A stretch of 64,000 nucleotides of DNA, taken from contig NC_092377.1 in assembly GCF_030028105.1 (NCBI RefSeq), positions 13,512,782 through 13,576,781 on the forward strand, given 5' to 3'. Both the position numbers and the translations under genes were made by a program. Shown piece after piece: positions 36,953-48,699 of the stretch. Within the stretch, counting starts at the first letter, position 1. Every line of letters starts with the position of its first letter. A model generated the notes under the pieces. It had not been told where the DNA came from and ran no database searches. It saw only the letters and a list, made by a program, of their open reading frames with translations. Source of the stretch: Mobula birostris (taxonomy: Eukaryota).

Positions 36953-39385
36953 TCATAGTCATAGTCATACTTTATTGATCCCGGGGGAAAATAGTAAAAT
37001 AGTAATATGTAAATTATGCCAGTAAATTACGAAATAAGTCTGGGACCAGCCTATTGGCTCAGGGTGTCTGACCCTCCAAGGGAGGAGTTGTAAAGTTTGA
37101 TGGCCACAGGCAGGAATGACTTCCTATGACGCTCTGTGTTGCATCTCGGTGGAATGAGTCTCTAGCTGAATGTACTCCTGTGCCCAACCAGTACATTATG
37201 TAGTGGATGGGAGACATTGTCCAAGATGGCATGCAACTTGGACAGCAACCTCTTTTCAGACACCACTGTCAGAGAGTCCAGTTCCATCCCCAAAACATCA
37301 TTGGCCTTACGAATGAGTTTGTTGATTCTGTTGGTGTCTGCTACCCTCAGCCTGCTGCCCCAGCACACAACAGCAAACATGATAACACTGGCCACCACAG
37401 ACTCGTAGAACATCCTCAGCATCATCCGGCAGATGTTAAAGGACCTCAGTCTCCTCAGGAAATAGGGACGGCTCTGTCCCTTCTTGTAGACAGCCTCAGT
37501 GTTCTTTGACCAGTCCAGTTTATTGTCAATGCGTATCCCCAGGTATTTGTAATCCTCCACCATGTCCACACTGACCCCCTGGATGAAAACAGGGGTCACC
37601 AGTACCTTAGCTCTCCTCAGGTCTACCACCAGCTCCTTAGTCTTTTTCACATTAAGCTGCAGATAATTCTGCTCACACCATGTGACAAAGTTCCCTACCA
37701 TAGCCCTGTACGCAGCCTCACCTCCCTTGCTGATGCATCCAACTATGGCAGAGTCATCCGAAAACTTCTGAAGATGACAAGGCTCTGTGCGGTGTTGAAG
37801 TCTGAGGTGTAAATGATGAAGAGAAAGGGAGACCAGACAGTCCCCTGTGGAGCCCCAGTGCTGCTGATCACTCTGTCGGACACACAGTGTTGCAAGCACG
37901 CGTACTGTGGTCTGCCAGTCAGGTAATCAAGAATCTATGACACCAGGGAAGCATCCACCCGCATCGCTGTCAGCTTTTCCCCCAGCAGAGCAGGGCGGAT
38001 GGTGTTGAACGCACTGGAGAAGTCAAAAGACATGACCCTCACAGTGCTCGCTGGCTTGTCCAGGTGGGCATAGACATGGTTCAGCGGGTAGACGATGGCA
38101 TCCTCAACTCCTAGTCGGGGCTGGTAGGCGAATTGGAGGGGATCTAAGTGTGGCCTGACCATAGGCCGGAGCAGCTCCAGAACAAGTCTTTCCAGGGTCT
38201 TCATGATGTGGGAGGTCAATGCCACCGGTCAACAGTCATTGAGGCCCCTGGGGCGCGGCGTCTTCGGCACGGGGACGAGGCAGGACGTCTTCCACAGTAC
38301 AGGAACCCTCCGGAGCCTCAGGCTCAGGTTGAATACATGGCGAAGTACTCCACATAGCTGAGGGGCACAGGCTTTGAGCACCCTGGTACTGACACCATCC
38401 GGTCCTGCAGCCTTGCTTGGATTGAGACGTTTCAACTGTCTTCTCACGTGTTCAGCTGTGAAGCCCACCGTGGTGGTTTCGTGTGGGGAAGGGGAATAGT
38501 CATGACAGCAGGGTGGGGGACTGTGAGGAGGGATAGGAGGGGAGAGTGGAATATGTGTTGGTTGGGGGCGGACAGCAGATGGCTCATGTGGGGGATGGGC
38601 AGGGGCCACAATGTCAAATCTGTTAAAGAACAGGTTAAGTTCAGGAACCCAGTGATGGTCCTCATCCCCCTCCAGACCTCTCTCATGTTGTTCTGCTGGA
38701 GTTTCCACTCAAGCTGCCGCCTGTACCTGTCTTTAGCCTCTCTTATCCTGGCTTTCAGGTCCCTCTGTATTGCCTTCAGCTCCTCCCTATTTCCATCTCT
38801 AAACGCCCTCTTTTTAGTGTTCAGGATGTCCTTAGTCATCCATGGCTTGTTATTTGAATAACAAAGGACAGTTCTTGTCGGAACATTGCAGTCCACACAG
38901 AAGTTGATGTAATCAGTGATGCACCCTGTGAGCCCATCAATATCCTCTCCATGTGGCTCACAGAGTGCCTGCCAGTCTGTCACTCCAAAACAACCCTGGA
39001 GCGCCTCATAAGCCTCCTCTGACCATTTTCTCACTGTCCTCGAGGTTGCTGGTTTACTCTTCACCAGAGGCACGTAGCAGGGTTTTAGATGCACCAGGTT
39101 GTGATCTGACCTTCCCAGTGGGGGGAGGGGAGGGGAGCTGTATGCATCCTTAATGTTAGCGTACATCAAATCCAGAGTCCTCTCCCCTCTGGTTGTACAG
39201 CTCACATACTGCATGAAGTTGGGCAGTATTCTAGCCATGGTAACATGATTGAAGTCACCCGAGGTGGTAATGAGGGCACTCGGGTGTTGGGTTTGTAATC
39301 TGGCTATGATGGTGTAAATGATGTTACACACCGATGTCGGGTTGGCAGAGGGAGGGATGTACACAACAACCACAATTGCATGCAA
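36953..39385 (-). mobile_element. Rex1/Babar-type LINE, 5'-truncated, frameshifted EN-RT
   Basis: VYIPP..GDFN..SDH (38444-39394), KAAGPDG, QFAYQ..DFSSAFNTI, KFSDDSA; (TATGAC)n tail. Confidence 0.92.
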
Positions 39386-40597
39386 GATTCCCATCCCCCT
39401 GCCATATTAGTTTAAGCCACTCCCAACAGCTCTAGTAAACCTGCCCACAAGAATTTTTGTCCCCAATATTGGTCTGCAGTTCCTCTTGACTAACAGTACT
39501 GTATATAGGATCAGGTCAGGCAAGCAAGGACTTCCTTGCTTGGAGCACAGGAGACTGATGGGTGACATTATTGAGGTGTAGATAAGGTGTATGTGTAGTC
39601 TTTTTTTTCCCAGGGTAATGGATTGAGAAACTAGGGGACATAATTTTAAGGTGAGAGGGGAAAGATTTAAATAGGACCTCAAGAACAGCTTACTGACACA
39701 GACACATGGAACAAGCTGCCAGAGAAAATGGTTGAGGCAGACACAATAAAAGCATTTAAATGATTTTGGAAAAGTACATAGGAAAGATTTGGGATATGGG
39801 TCAAATTCAGGCAATGGGAAATGGGACTAGGTTAGATGGGAGTTTTGGCCTGCAAGGAGGAGATAGGCCAAAGGGCCTGTTTCTGTTCTATATTACTGAA
39901 CAACTCTGTCTCTTGTTACCAAGCCATGTTTTGGGTTCTGTGGCATTAACATTTTGGATCAGTCTTCTATGTGAATCTTACTGAATTCCATCTGAACCAC
40001 ATCACCCACACTGCCCTTATCAATCTATTTGGTAATCTCTTCAAATAATGATCTCAATTAAATTAGTCAGTTGGGTCTCTCTGTACTGACCATCACTGAT
40101 CCATCCCTCCCATTCCAAGTACAAATTATCTTTATAGCAATTTCCCCACTATAATTTGAAAATTGCTGACTTTTAATTCTGTCTTGTCCCTATTATGGTT
40201 CTGGAATGAAGATCCCACAAATGCTGTCCACCAGTCAGCTGACAGCTTACCTGTGACCAGTGAAGGTTTAAATCAAAGACTCTTCTCAGACCCGACCCAC
40301 CCACCGCCTCACGGAAAGAGCAGATCTGGTGTCACTGACCCGAAATGTTAACTCTTTATTTCCCAAATGTGCAATTAAATTTAAAACAAGCGGATGGACG
40401 AAGTAACTTTATGCCAATTACGCCACGGGACTGAAAACCGCTGAGAACACAAACCAGAGAAAATCTGCAGACGTTGGAAATACGAGCAACACCGACTGGG
40501 CGGCACCGGATCATGAAAAGTGCGGTTGCTACGTTACTGTCTGGAGATTAAATTCCAACCCTTGTGGCGAGCGCACTAACCCCATGAGAGAGCTACC

Positions 40598-40695
40598 TTA
40601 TTCACCAATGAACAGAGGGCAGCAAGAAAAGCGCGGAAAGAAACTGTCAGTTAGTTCCCCGGATGACGAAAATTTGAAAAGCCCGCCGAAAAAGT
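40598..40695 (-). promoter_or_regulatory. Orphan H2A-type promoter remnant
   Basis: TTATTCACCAAT..AAGCGCGGAAA..TTTGAAAAGCCCGCC matches the reverse complement of 22303-22390. Confidence 0.6.
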
Positions 40696-41044
40696 TGGCT
40701 ATTGTTCCGTAGTCAGCGAAAACATACGGTGACTCGTTAATTTGCTCAATATTTATTTTACAGTAACAGGCCAAGTTTTATTTAGATCACGTTTGAATGT
40801 TCCTGGTCATTAACGCTTCCAAAAGCCGATTCAGGCTGTATTCGCGGCTGATTTGTATAAATTTAATCAGCTGTAAATGCACTGTTCTCTCTGCGGTCTA
40901 AAGAGAAATAAGGAGAGAAAAAAAATAGTTAATACTGTATGTGAAAGGACGTAATACCTGCAGCTGCAAACTGTTGTGTCTCCGTGAACCTACCATGGAT
41001 TCGAATAGTTACTAAATGGAAGACTGCGTTTATTAAAGCATCAG

Positions 41045-41195
41045 ACACAAAATACTGAAGGAACTCAGTAAGCCAGGCCGCATCTAGAGAAAGGAGTGAA
41101 CAGTCGACATTTCAGGCCGAAACCTTCCATCAGAACTCTCCCATAGATGCTCCTGGCCTGCTGAGTTCCTCCAGCATTTTGTGTGTTGCTTGAAT
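41045..41195 (-). mobile_element. Short Penelope-like fragment with degenerate hammerhead; arms partly inverted
   Basis: GGAACTCAG..GGCCGCATCTA and TAGATGCT..CTGAGTTCC flank CAGTCGACATTTCAGGCCGA..CATCAG. Confidence 0.6.
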
Positions 41196-41408
41196 TTATG
41201 AAAATCCGATTTTCTTAACAGTAACAACCACAAATATCGGGAAACCTCACCCGCAGCAGCCAGCTGTAAGGCAAGGTGTGGGACAGAGATGCCCTGAGGG
41301 GTATATAATGGCCGATTCTCGGGGTCAACCGTTTGTAGTTTGTAAGCAATTCAGAGATCTCTCGGTAAACACAACCAACTGAGGGGAATGTGAGTAAATA
41401 GAATGAGA

Positions 41409-41448
41409 CAGCCCTTTATCTGCCTAGTTAGTGGCTCTTAAAAGAGCC
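41409..41448 (-). terminator. Histone 3' stem-loop and HDE of H3
   Basis: Minus strand GGCTCTTTTAAGAGCC (41448-41433), then AAAGGGCTG. Confidence 0.95.
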
Positions 41449-41478
41449 TTTTTGTTGTGCTTTGTGCCGAGGTCGGGT

Positions 41479-41895
<417 letters not shown>

Positions 41896-42539
41896 TCAGA
41901 AACCTGTTAGCAGTCCCAAATAGGAGCGTCGGAGCAGAACGCGGGACCGCCTTTTAAAAGGGTTGAGAAGGGCCGCCCGCATCCTCTGATTGGTGGGAAA
42001 GATGTCCATTATCGGATCCCAGTGCTGCGATTGGCTGTTTTTCTTCCATCCGTTTGAAAGCTGGGGGATGGTGGGGAATGTTACCTGTGACCAAATATGG
42101 AAACTGGAGCCTGAGAGTCAGAATTCAGCCAATCTCACTGCAGGGGGTTCAATTTCAAATCGCCCGCCAATTTCAAGAACAACCGGGTCTAGTTTCTAAC
42201 CCGAATTATTAAATTTCACGTCGATTTTACTTCCTTCAATTAGCTGAATCAGAATATGCGTCTAGCTTCACTGTGTGAGTGAATTCCGTCCTACCGGAAA
42301 ACGGAATCCGCCCGACAGGCGGAGAGAATTGAGATTTTAATCTTCTGCAGGTATTTAAAGTTTGAGAGGGAAAACAGAACCACGAAATGATCACATGAAT
42401 CCTCCCTGGACTGAAATACAAAATATATCTACAAAACATTAACTAAAATCAATAATTAAATTCTTTATCTCTTCCCGCTCCAAGTCACTGCGAAATGACA
42501 ACCGACTGCCGCGGTCTCCTTTTACACACAGCCAGAGAC

Positions 42540-43010
42540 CTCAGAATCAGATTTATTATCCCCGGCATGTGACGTGAAATTTGTTTAATTTAGCTGCAGT
42601 TCAATGCAATACATAATCTAGAACAAAATTTAAAAAATAATAAAGTAACTTATTCAGTATACTTTATACAATAAACTTATATTGAATAGATTAAAAATCC
42701 CGCAAAAAATAGAAATACTATATATTTAAAAAGTCCAAGGGTCCATTCAGCTGTTCCTGAATCGCTGACTGTGTCTTCAGGCTTCTGTACCTCCTACCTG
42801 ATGGTAACAGTGAGAAAAGGATATGCCCTGGGTGCCGGAGGTCCTTAATACTGTAATGGACGCTGCCTTTCTGAGACACCGCTCCCCAAAGATATCCTGG
42901 GTACTTTGTAGGCTCACACCCAAGATGGAGTTGCCTAAATTTACAGCTTTCAGCAGCTTCTTTCGGTCCTGTGTAGTAGCCCCTCCCACCCCCACCATAC
43001 TAGATAGTGA
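42540..43010 (-). mobile_element. Rex1-type LINE 3' fragment
   Basis: Same family as 52154-53396 (QDRKKL..RCLRKAASI); ATTCTG tail. Confidence 0.75.
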
Positions 43011-43332
43011 TGTCCCGACCCCACTCCTCTTGAGAATTTTAGTCACTATAACCTGTTTAATTGTGGAACGTTTTATGTTGGTTTTCTGGCTGTGAGGCGG
43101 GGATTCCCCTCTAGTGTTGCCGGCTCACAGACGATATCCTGGTATTTTATGAGAAAGAAACGATCTTTGAACGGAACCTGAGGCCGAACACGTTCCAAGT
43201 GAGCCTCGGCCCGGACACGCCATGCAGCTTTGATACTAGGGAAGCGATTGTTAATGTCAGGTGTGCTGGGGATCCATGATTTCGCATCGCCATCTGAACC
43301 CAGCTCCGGGACAGGAATCACCTGATTTCAGT

Positions 43333-43373
43333 CAGCTCTCTCCTGGGAGATGTGAGTGGCTCTTAGAAGAGCC
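43333..43373 (-). terminator. Histone 3' stem-loop and HDE of H1
   Basis: Minus strand GGCTCTTCTAAGAGCC (43373-43358), then GAGAGAGCTG. Confidence 0.93.
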
Positions 43374-43409
43374 GTTGGTTTTAGGTCATTAGAAGTTGCA
43401 TTTTCCTTT

Positions 43410-44042
43410 TTACTTTTTAGCTGCTTTTTGCTTGGTCTTCATAGATTTCGCCTTCGGCTTGGCATTTGAAGACTTTTTGGCCGCCTTCGCGGCAGTCATT
43501 TTCTTGGGGCTCTTGGGCTTCTGCGCAGCCTTCTTGGTCGCTGGTTTCTTCGCGGCCGCTTTTTTAGCCGCTGGTTTCTTAGCTACCGCTTTTTTAGGCG
43601 TTAGTTTCTTAACGCCTTGTTTTTTAGTGGGAGATTTCTTAGCCACTGTTTTCTTGGCCGCAGATTTCTTGGCCTGAATTTTGGCCGCTGGTTTCTTCGC
43701 TTTTTTGGCGGTGCTCTCTTTCTTAGCGGCCTTCAAGGAGCCGGAGACACCCGCGCCCTTAGTGTGAACCAGGGAGCCGCTTTCCAATTTCTTCTTTATG
43801 ACCATCTTGATCTGGCGATTGAACTTCTCCACGTTGACGCCGTTGGCGGCTAACTCCTTCTTTATCGCGATGACGGACACCCCTCGGCGATTGCGGCAAT
43901 CCGCCACAATTTTGTCGATTTGTTCGCCTAGCCTAGGGCCGGCTAGCTTGGTGCGGGCGGCCGCCTTCTTCTTCTTGAGAGCTTTGGTTGCGGCGGCGGG
44001 CGCGGCTGGAGGAGCTGATTCGGCGGCTGCAGTCTCGGTCAT
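43410..44042 (-). CDS. H1: Linker histone H1 (210 aa, divergent globular domain)
   Basis: MTETAAAESAPPAAP start, winged-helix GVS..AIKK.L..TKGAGVSGS.K, K/A/P-rich tail, stem-loop. Confidence 0.96.
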   Translation of the reverse strand: MTETAAAESAPPAAPAAATKALKKKKAAARTKLAGPRLGEQIDKIVADCRNRRGVSVIAIKKELAANGVNVEKFNRQIKMVIKKKLESGSLVHTKGAGVSGSLKAAKKESTAKKAKKPAAKIQAKKSAAKKTVAKKSPTKKQGVKKLTPKKAVAKKPAAKKAAAKKPATKKAAQKPKSPKKMTAAKAAKKSSNAKPKAKSMKTKQKAAKK

Positions 44043-44117
44043 GTCGACGACTCTGTACAAACTCCCTCTCGGTCTCAGAACTGGGTGAGAAATGAAGCGA
44101 GAAGCGACCGCGCAGAG

Positions 44118-44545
44118 CAATTTAAAGGCAGCGAGCGGACGGGGCGGAGACATTCTGATGTCAGCTCTTGGCTGCCCCATCTCTCTGTGTTTCTCTCTCC
44201 TCAAAAACTCTCCGATTTCAATTAAAATAGGTCACCCCTGAGACCCACACCGCTCTCTGTCTGTACCCGAGGTAAGATTACTTGCTGTAAAGGAAGTTTG
44301 GTCCGATTTAAAAGCAGCAGTTTCCATATAAACCAGTTTCACTGCTGCCCAGACTTCGTTTTCTACTGCGATCGTCGACATGTTCGCTGTTCCTCGACAG
44401 AAATATTGCAACCAACTAAAACTCTGCGGTTAATTCCTACTTCAGGATTGAGCTGGGAAGCGAGTGCATCCTGTGACGGGGAAATATTTCATTTTCCATA
44501 GGAGGGGCTGAAAAATCTAGCAACGTGATCGGACTCACAAACACA
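44118..44545 (-). promoter_or_regulatory. H1 promoter: TATA-like, GC box, H1 box (AAACACA), upstream TG box
   Basis: TTTAAA near 44121, GGGGCGG near 44141, H1 box 44186-44192, TGTGTTT (sense) 44539-44545. Confidence 0.75.
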
Positions 44546-44672
44546 GTGACTCCACTCTGAGCCGTCCGGTCCTTTAAACACTCTCTGACTCGATGTTCAC
44601 AACTGGCACATTCACAGCGCGAACTGTTGACCCGGTACGCAGCACCTAGCGCAAGCTTTTCTTTCTGCCGAC

Positions 44673-44838
44673 CTTTCTCTCTTACTAGCTCTTCTTTCAG
44701 TTAGTCCTGACGAAGGGTCTCGGCCCGAAACGTCGACTGTACCTCTTCCTAGAGATGCTGCCTGGCCTGCTGCGTTCCCCAGCAACTTTGATGTGTGTTG
44801 TTTTAAATTCCAGCATCTGCAGATTTCCTCGTGTTTGC
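44673..44838 (+). mobile_element. Penelope-like terminal fragment
   Basis: Near-identical to 15345-15504. Confidence 0.8.
44703..44738 (+). ncRNA. Minimal type I hammerhead ribozyme motif (consensus-intact)
   Basis: AGTC-CTGACGA-A-GGGT-CTCG-GCCC-GAA-ACGT-C-GACT. Confidence 0.8.
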
Positions 44839-45149
44839 GTTTCTGCAGATTATCGAGTGTTATTTGTAGATTCTCATCTCGATAACTGTAAAGGCCCCGA
44901 GACCAGCGCTTCTCACAGTCCTGATCCCTAGTTTAGGGTAGGTTTCATCTCCTCCTTACGTGGGCTATATTTTTAGTTTAACCAGGAGACCAAGATCGTT
45001 TGCAATCTCTGACTGTTTGATCAACTACACCCAGCCTCCCTACGTTTCTGTTCAGTTCCCCAGTTAATTTCACAAATCTGTTCGGGGCTGATGTGGGTGT
45101 CACAGACACATCGGATTTGAGACGCGCCATTCACAAAAGCGTAATTGAA

Positions 45150-47157
45150 GCATAAGTTATAAAAAGTTTGTATGTTCCTGTCAGGATTAAAGGCAAAGTG
45201 AATAAGAATAAGGAACCTTGATTCTCAAGGGATATTGGAACTCTGATAAGAAGAGAGAGGTGTATGACATGTATAGGAAACAGGGTACAAACAAGGTGTT
45301 TGAGGAGTATAAAAAGTGCAAAAAAAAAACTTATGAAAGAAATCAGGAGGGCTACAACAAGACATGAGGTTGCCTTGGCAGTCAAGATGAAGGATAATCC
45401 AAAGAGCTTCTACAGGTATATTAAGAGCAAAAGGATAGTAAGGGATAAAATTGGTCCTCTTGAAGATCAGAGTGGTCGGCTAAGTATGGAACCAAAAGAA
45501 ATGGGGGAGATCTTAAATGGTTTTTTTTTGCATCTGTGTTTACTAAGGAAACTAGCATGGTGTCAATGGAAATAAGGCAAACAAGTAGTGAGGTCATGGA
45601 ACCTATACAGATTGAGGAGGAGGAGGTGCTTGCTATCTTGAGGCAAATTAGAGTAGATAAATCCCCAGGACCTGACAGGGTATTCCCTCAGACCTTGAAG
45701 GAGACTAGTGTTGAAATTGCAAGGGCCCTGGCAGATATATTTAAAATGTTGGTATCTACGGGTGAGGTGCCGGAGGATTGGAGGATAGCTCATGTTGTTC
45801 CGTTATTTAAAAAAGGCTCTAAGTGTAATCTGGGAAATTATAGGCCGGTAAATTTGATGTTGGTAGTAGGTAAATTATTGGAAGGAGTACTAAGAGATAG
45901 GATCTACAAGTATTTGGAGAGACAGGGACTTATTAGGGAGAGTCAACATGGCTTTGTGCATGGTAGGTCACACTTAACCAATCTATTAGAGTTTTTTGAG
46001 GAGGTTGCCAGGAAAGTGGATGAAGGGAAGGCAGTGGATGTCGTCTACATGGACAACAAGCCGTTTGACAAGGTCCTGCATGGGAGGTTAATTAGGAAGA
46101 TTCATTTGCTAGGTATACATGGAGAGGTATTAAATTGGATTGGACATTCGCTCAGTGGAAGAAGCCAGAGAGTGGTAGTGGAGGATTGCTTCTCTGAGTG
46201 GAGGCCTGTGACTAGTGGTGTGCCACAGGGATCAGTGCTGGGTCCATTGTTATTTGTCATCTATATCAATGATCTGGATGATAATGTGGTAAATTGGATC
46301 AGCAAATTTGCTGATGATACAAAGATTGGAGGTGTAGTGGACAGTGAGGAAGGTTTTCAAAGCTTGCAGAGGGATTTGGACCAGCTGGAAAAATGGGCTG
46401 AAGAATGGCAGATGGAGTTTAATACAGACAAATGTGAGGTATTGCACTTTGGAAGGACAAACAAATGTAGAATATACAAGGTAAATGGTAGGGTACTGAG
46501 GAATGCAGTAGAACAAAGGGATCTGGAAATACAGATACAAAATTCTCTAAAAGTGGTTTTTGGAATGTTTTGGTGAGGTTGTACAAGGCATTGGTGAGGC
46601 CGAATTTGGAGTATTGTGTACAGTTTTGGTCACCAAATTACAGGAAGGATATTAATAAGGTTGAAAGAGTGCAGAGAAGGTTTACAAGGATGTTGCCGGG
46701 ACTTGAGAAACTCAGTTACAGAGAAAGATTGAATAGGTTAGGACTTTATTCCCTGGAGCGTAGAAGAATGAGGGGAGATTTGATAGAGGTATATAAAATT
46801 ATGATGGGTATAGATAGAGTGAATGCAAGCAGGCTTTTTCCACTGAGGCTGGGGGAGAAAGGTACCAGAGGACATGGGTTAAGGGTGAAGGGGAAAAAGT
46901 TTAAATGGAACATTGGAGGGGTGGGGGCTTCTTCACACAGAGAGTGGTGGGAGTGTGGAATGAGCTGATAGATGAAGTGGTAAACGTGGGCTCACTTTTA
47001 ACATTTAAGAAAAACTTGGACAGGTACATGGATGAGAGGTGTATGGAGTGATATAGTCCAGGTGCAGGTCAGTGGGACTAGGCAGAAAAATGTTTCCGCC
47101 CAGCCAAGAAGGGCCCAAAGGCCTGTTTCTGTGCTGTAATGTTTTATGGTTCTATGG
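45150..47157 (+). mobile_element. CR1 LINE, 5'-truncated RT region
   Basis: ORF 45536-46576 QHGF, GVPQGSVLGPLLF, KFADDTK; TTCTATG tail. Confidence 0.95.
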
Positions 47158-47474
47158 AACTATAGTCTGGAAGGTTGGTTCATATTAGGGAGTCCAGGGA
47201 GAGGTAGATACGTGGATACATAAACACCTGAAGTTAGGAGGCAGAGGGTGATGGTAGGAGATTACTTATTGGACTGGAGATCTATGTGTAGTGACATGTC
47301 ACGGGGATCGCTGCTGGGCCCATTGCTTTTAACTGCAACAGACCGTCCCAACTCCTCTATTAAATGTCCTGACTGATGCTAACACCTCATTCACCACCTG
47401 GTCTACTCTAATGCCCCTTTCAATGAAGAGTGCGCTTATGTTCCCCCTCTTCCATGACACTTCCTAGTTCCTTC

Positions 47475-48261
47475 TGTTATGAACCCGCAGGATTCTTTAA
47501 GAGTGCCTGAGTGAGACGGGACTATGACGTCAGCCACAGGCTGTCGCGGTCTGTGCAGGTTAAACACAGAGAGGGAGAGGGAGAGAGATCTTCAGTTGTA
47601 GTAGAGAGAGAGAGAGAGAGAGACTGGGGAAGCTGGTAGCTTCAGCTTGCTGCAGCTGAGGATTTGGAACTCTCCTATGCCCACAAGGGTGGGTTAAACA
47701 TCGGCACACACTGCACAACGATTATATGTGACTGTCACTTCGTATTATCCATAGGAGTGGATTCTGGGGATATCTTGTGGACCACTTGTGTAGCCCTTGC
47801 CTCGGTATGTTGTGTGGTAACCACTGGAAGATGATATTCCTGTGACAGGTCACTTTCGGTGATAATTCGTATGCGGATTTGGAACGACACGATGGACAAG
47901 ATCTACGGTAACTGTTATCTCGTTTTACCAGCGTGGAACCTGTGGAATACATCGTACTTACCTTCTTTCTCCATTACAACGTGGATTACAAATATCTCTC
48001 TCCCATCATTTATCTCGTGGATTACTGAACTTTCCTACTTTACCACCTCAAGACTCTAAGCCTTGTTTCCCCAAGCTCAATAGTCTGGGAGTTATATTTA
48101 CACACATATATATACATAATACTGTTAACTTTTGTTTATCTTGGTTCAGTTACTATATTATAAGTAGATACTAATAAAGATAGTGGTTTTAACATTAAAA
48201 CCTGACTCAGTGTGAAATCTCTTGCTGCTGGTTTGTTTCTAAAATGTCACAGTATGTAACA
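47475..48261 (+). mobile_element. Solo LTR
   Basis: TGTTA...TAACA, CTTC/CTTA flanks, AATAAA near 48173, (GA)n near 47603; related to 55950-56686. Confidence 0.75.
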
Positions 48262-48699
48262 CTTACCATTCATTATAAGTCCTACTTTGGTCTGACTTTC
48301 CAAACTGCATCACTTCACTGTTATCTGAATAGACATCCAGTTGTCCATCTTCAGCACACTTCACTAACTGAGCAAGGTCCCCCTATAATCATCTTCACTA
48401 TCAAGAATACCTCCTAAATCTGTGACATCCACAAACTTGTGGGTTTGCAGTCAAAGTTGAATTCTTGATTTCTCAAGTAATCTCATCATGGCCCTTGAAC
48501 ATTCCTCGATTACATAGAACGTAGTACAGTAGATCACAGGCCCCTTGGCTCACAATGTTGTGCTGCACTAATTAAACTAGTAATTAAATGTTGAACTAAG
48601 CTAATCCCTTCTCTTTACACTGTGCCTTTATCCCTCCAGACTCTGCACATCCATGTGCTGATCTAAGAGGTTACTAAATAGAGCTTTGACCAGCGGTCA

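Noticed and set aside
40535-40600. tRNA-like sequence on the minus strand
   Set aside because: No convincing cloverleaf or B box; overlaps the decayed H2A promoter region
44043-44204. 54-aa N-terminal extension of H1 (and extensions at 21065 and 22542)
   Set aside because: Start at non-ATG codons within promoter or 5' UTR; the canonical ATG lies downstream
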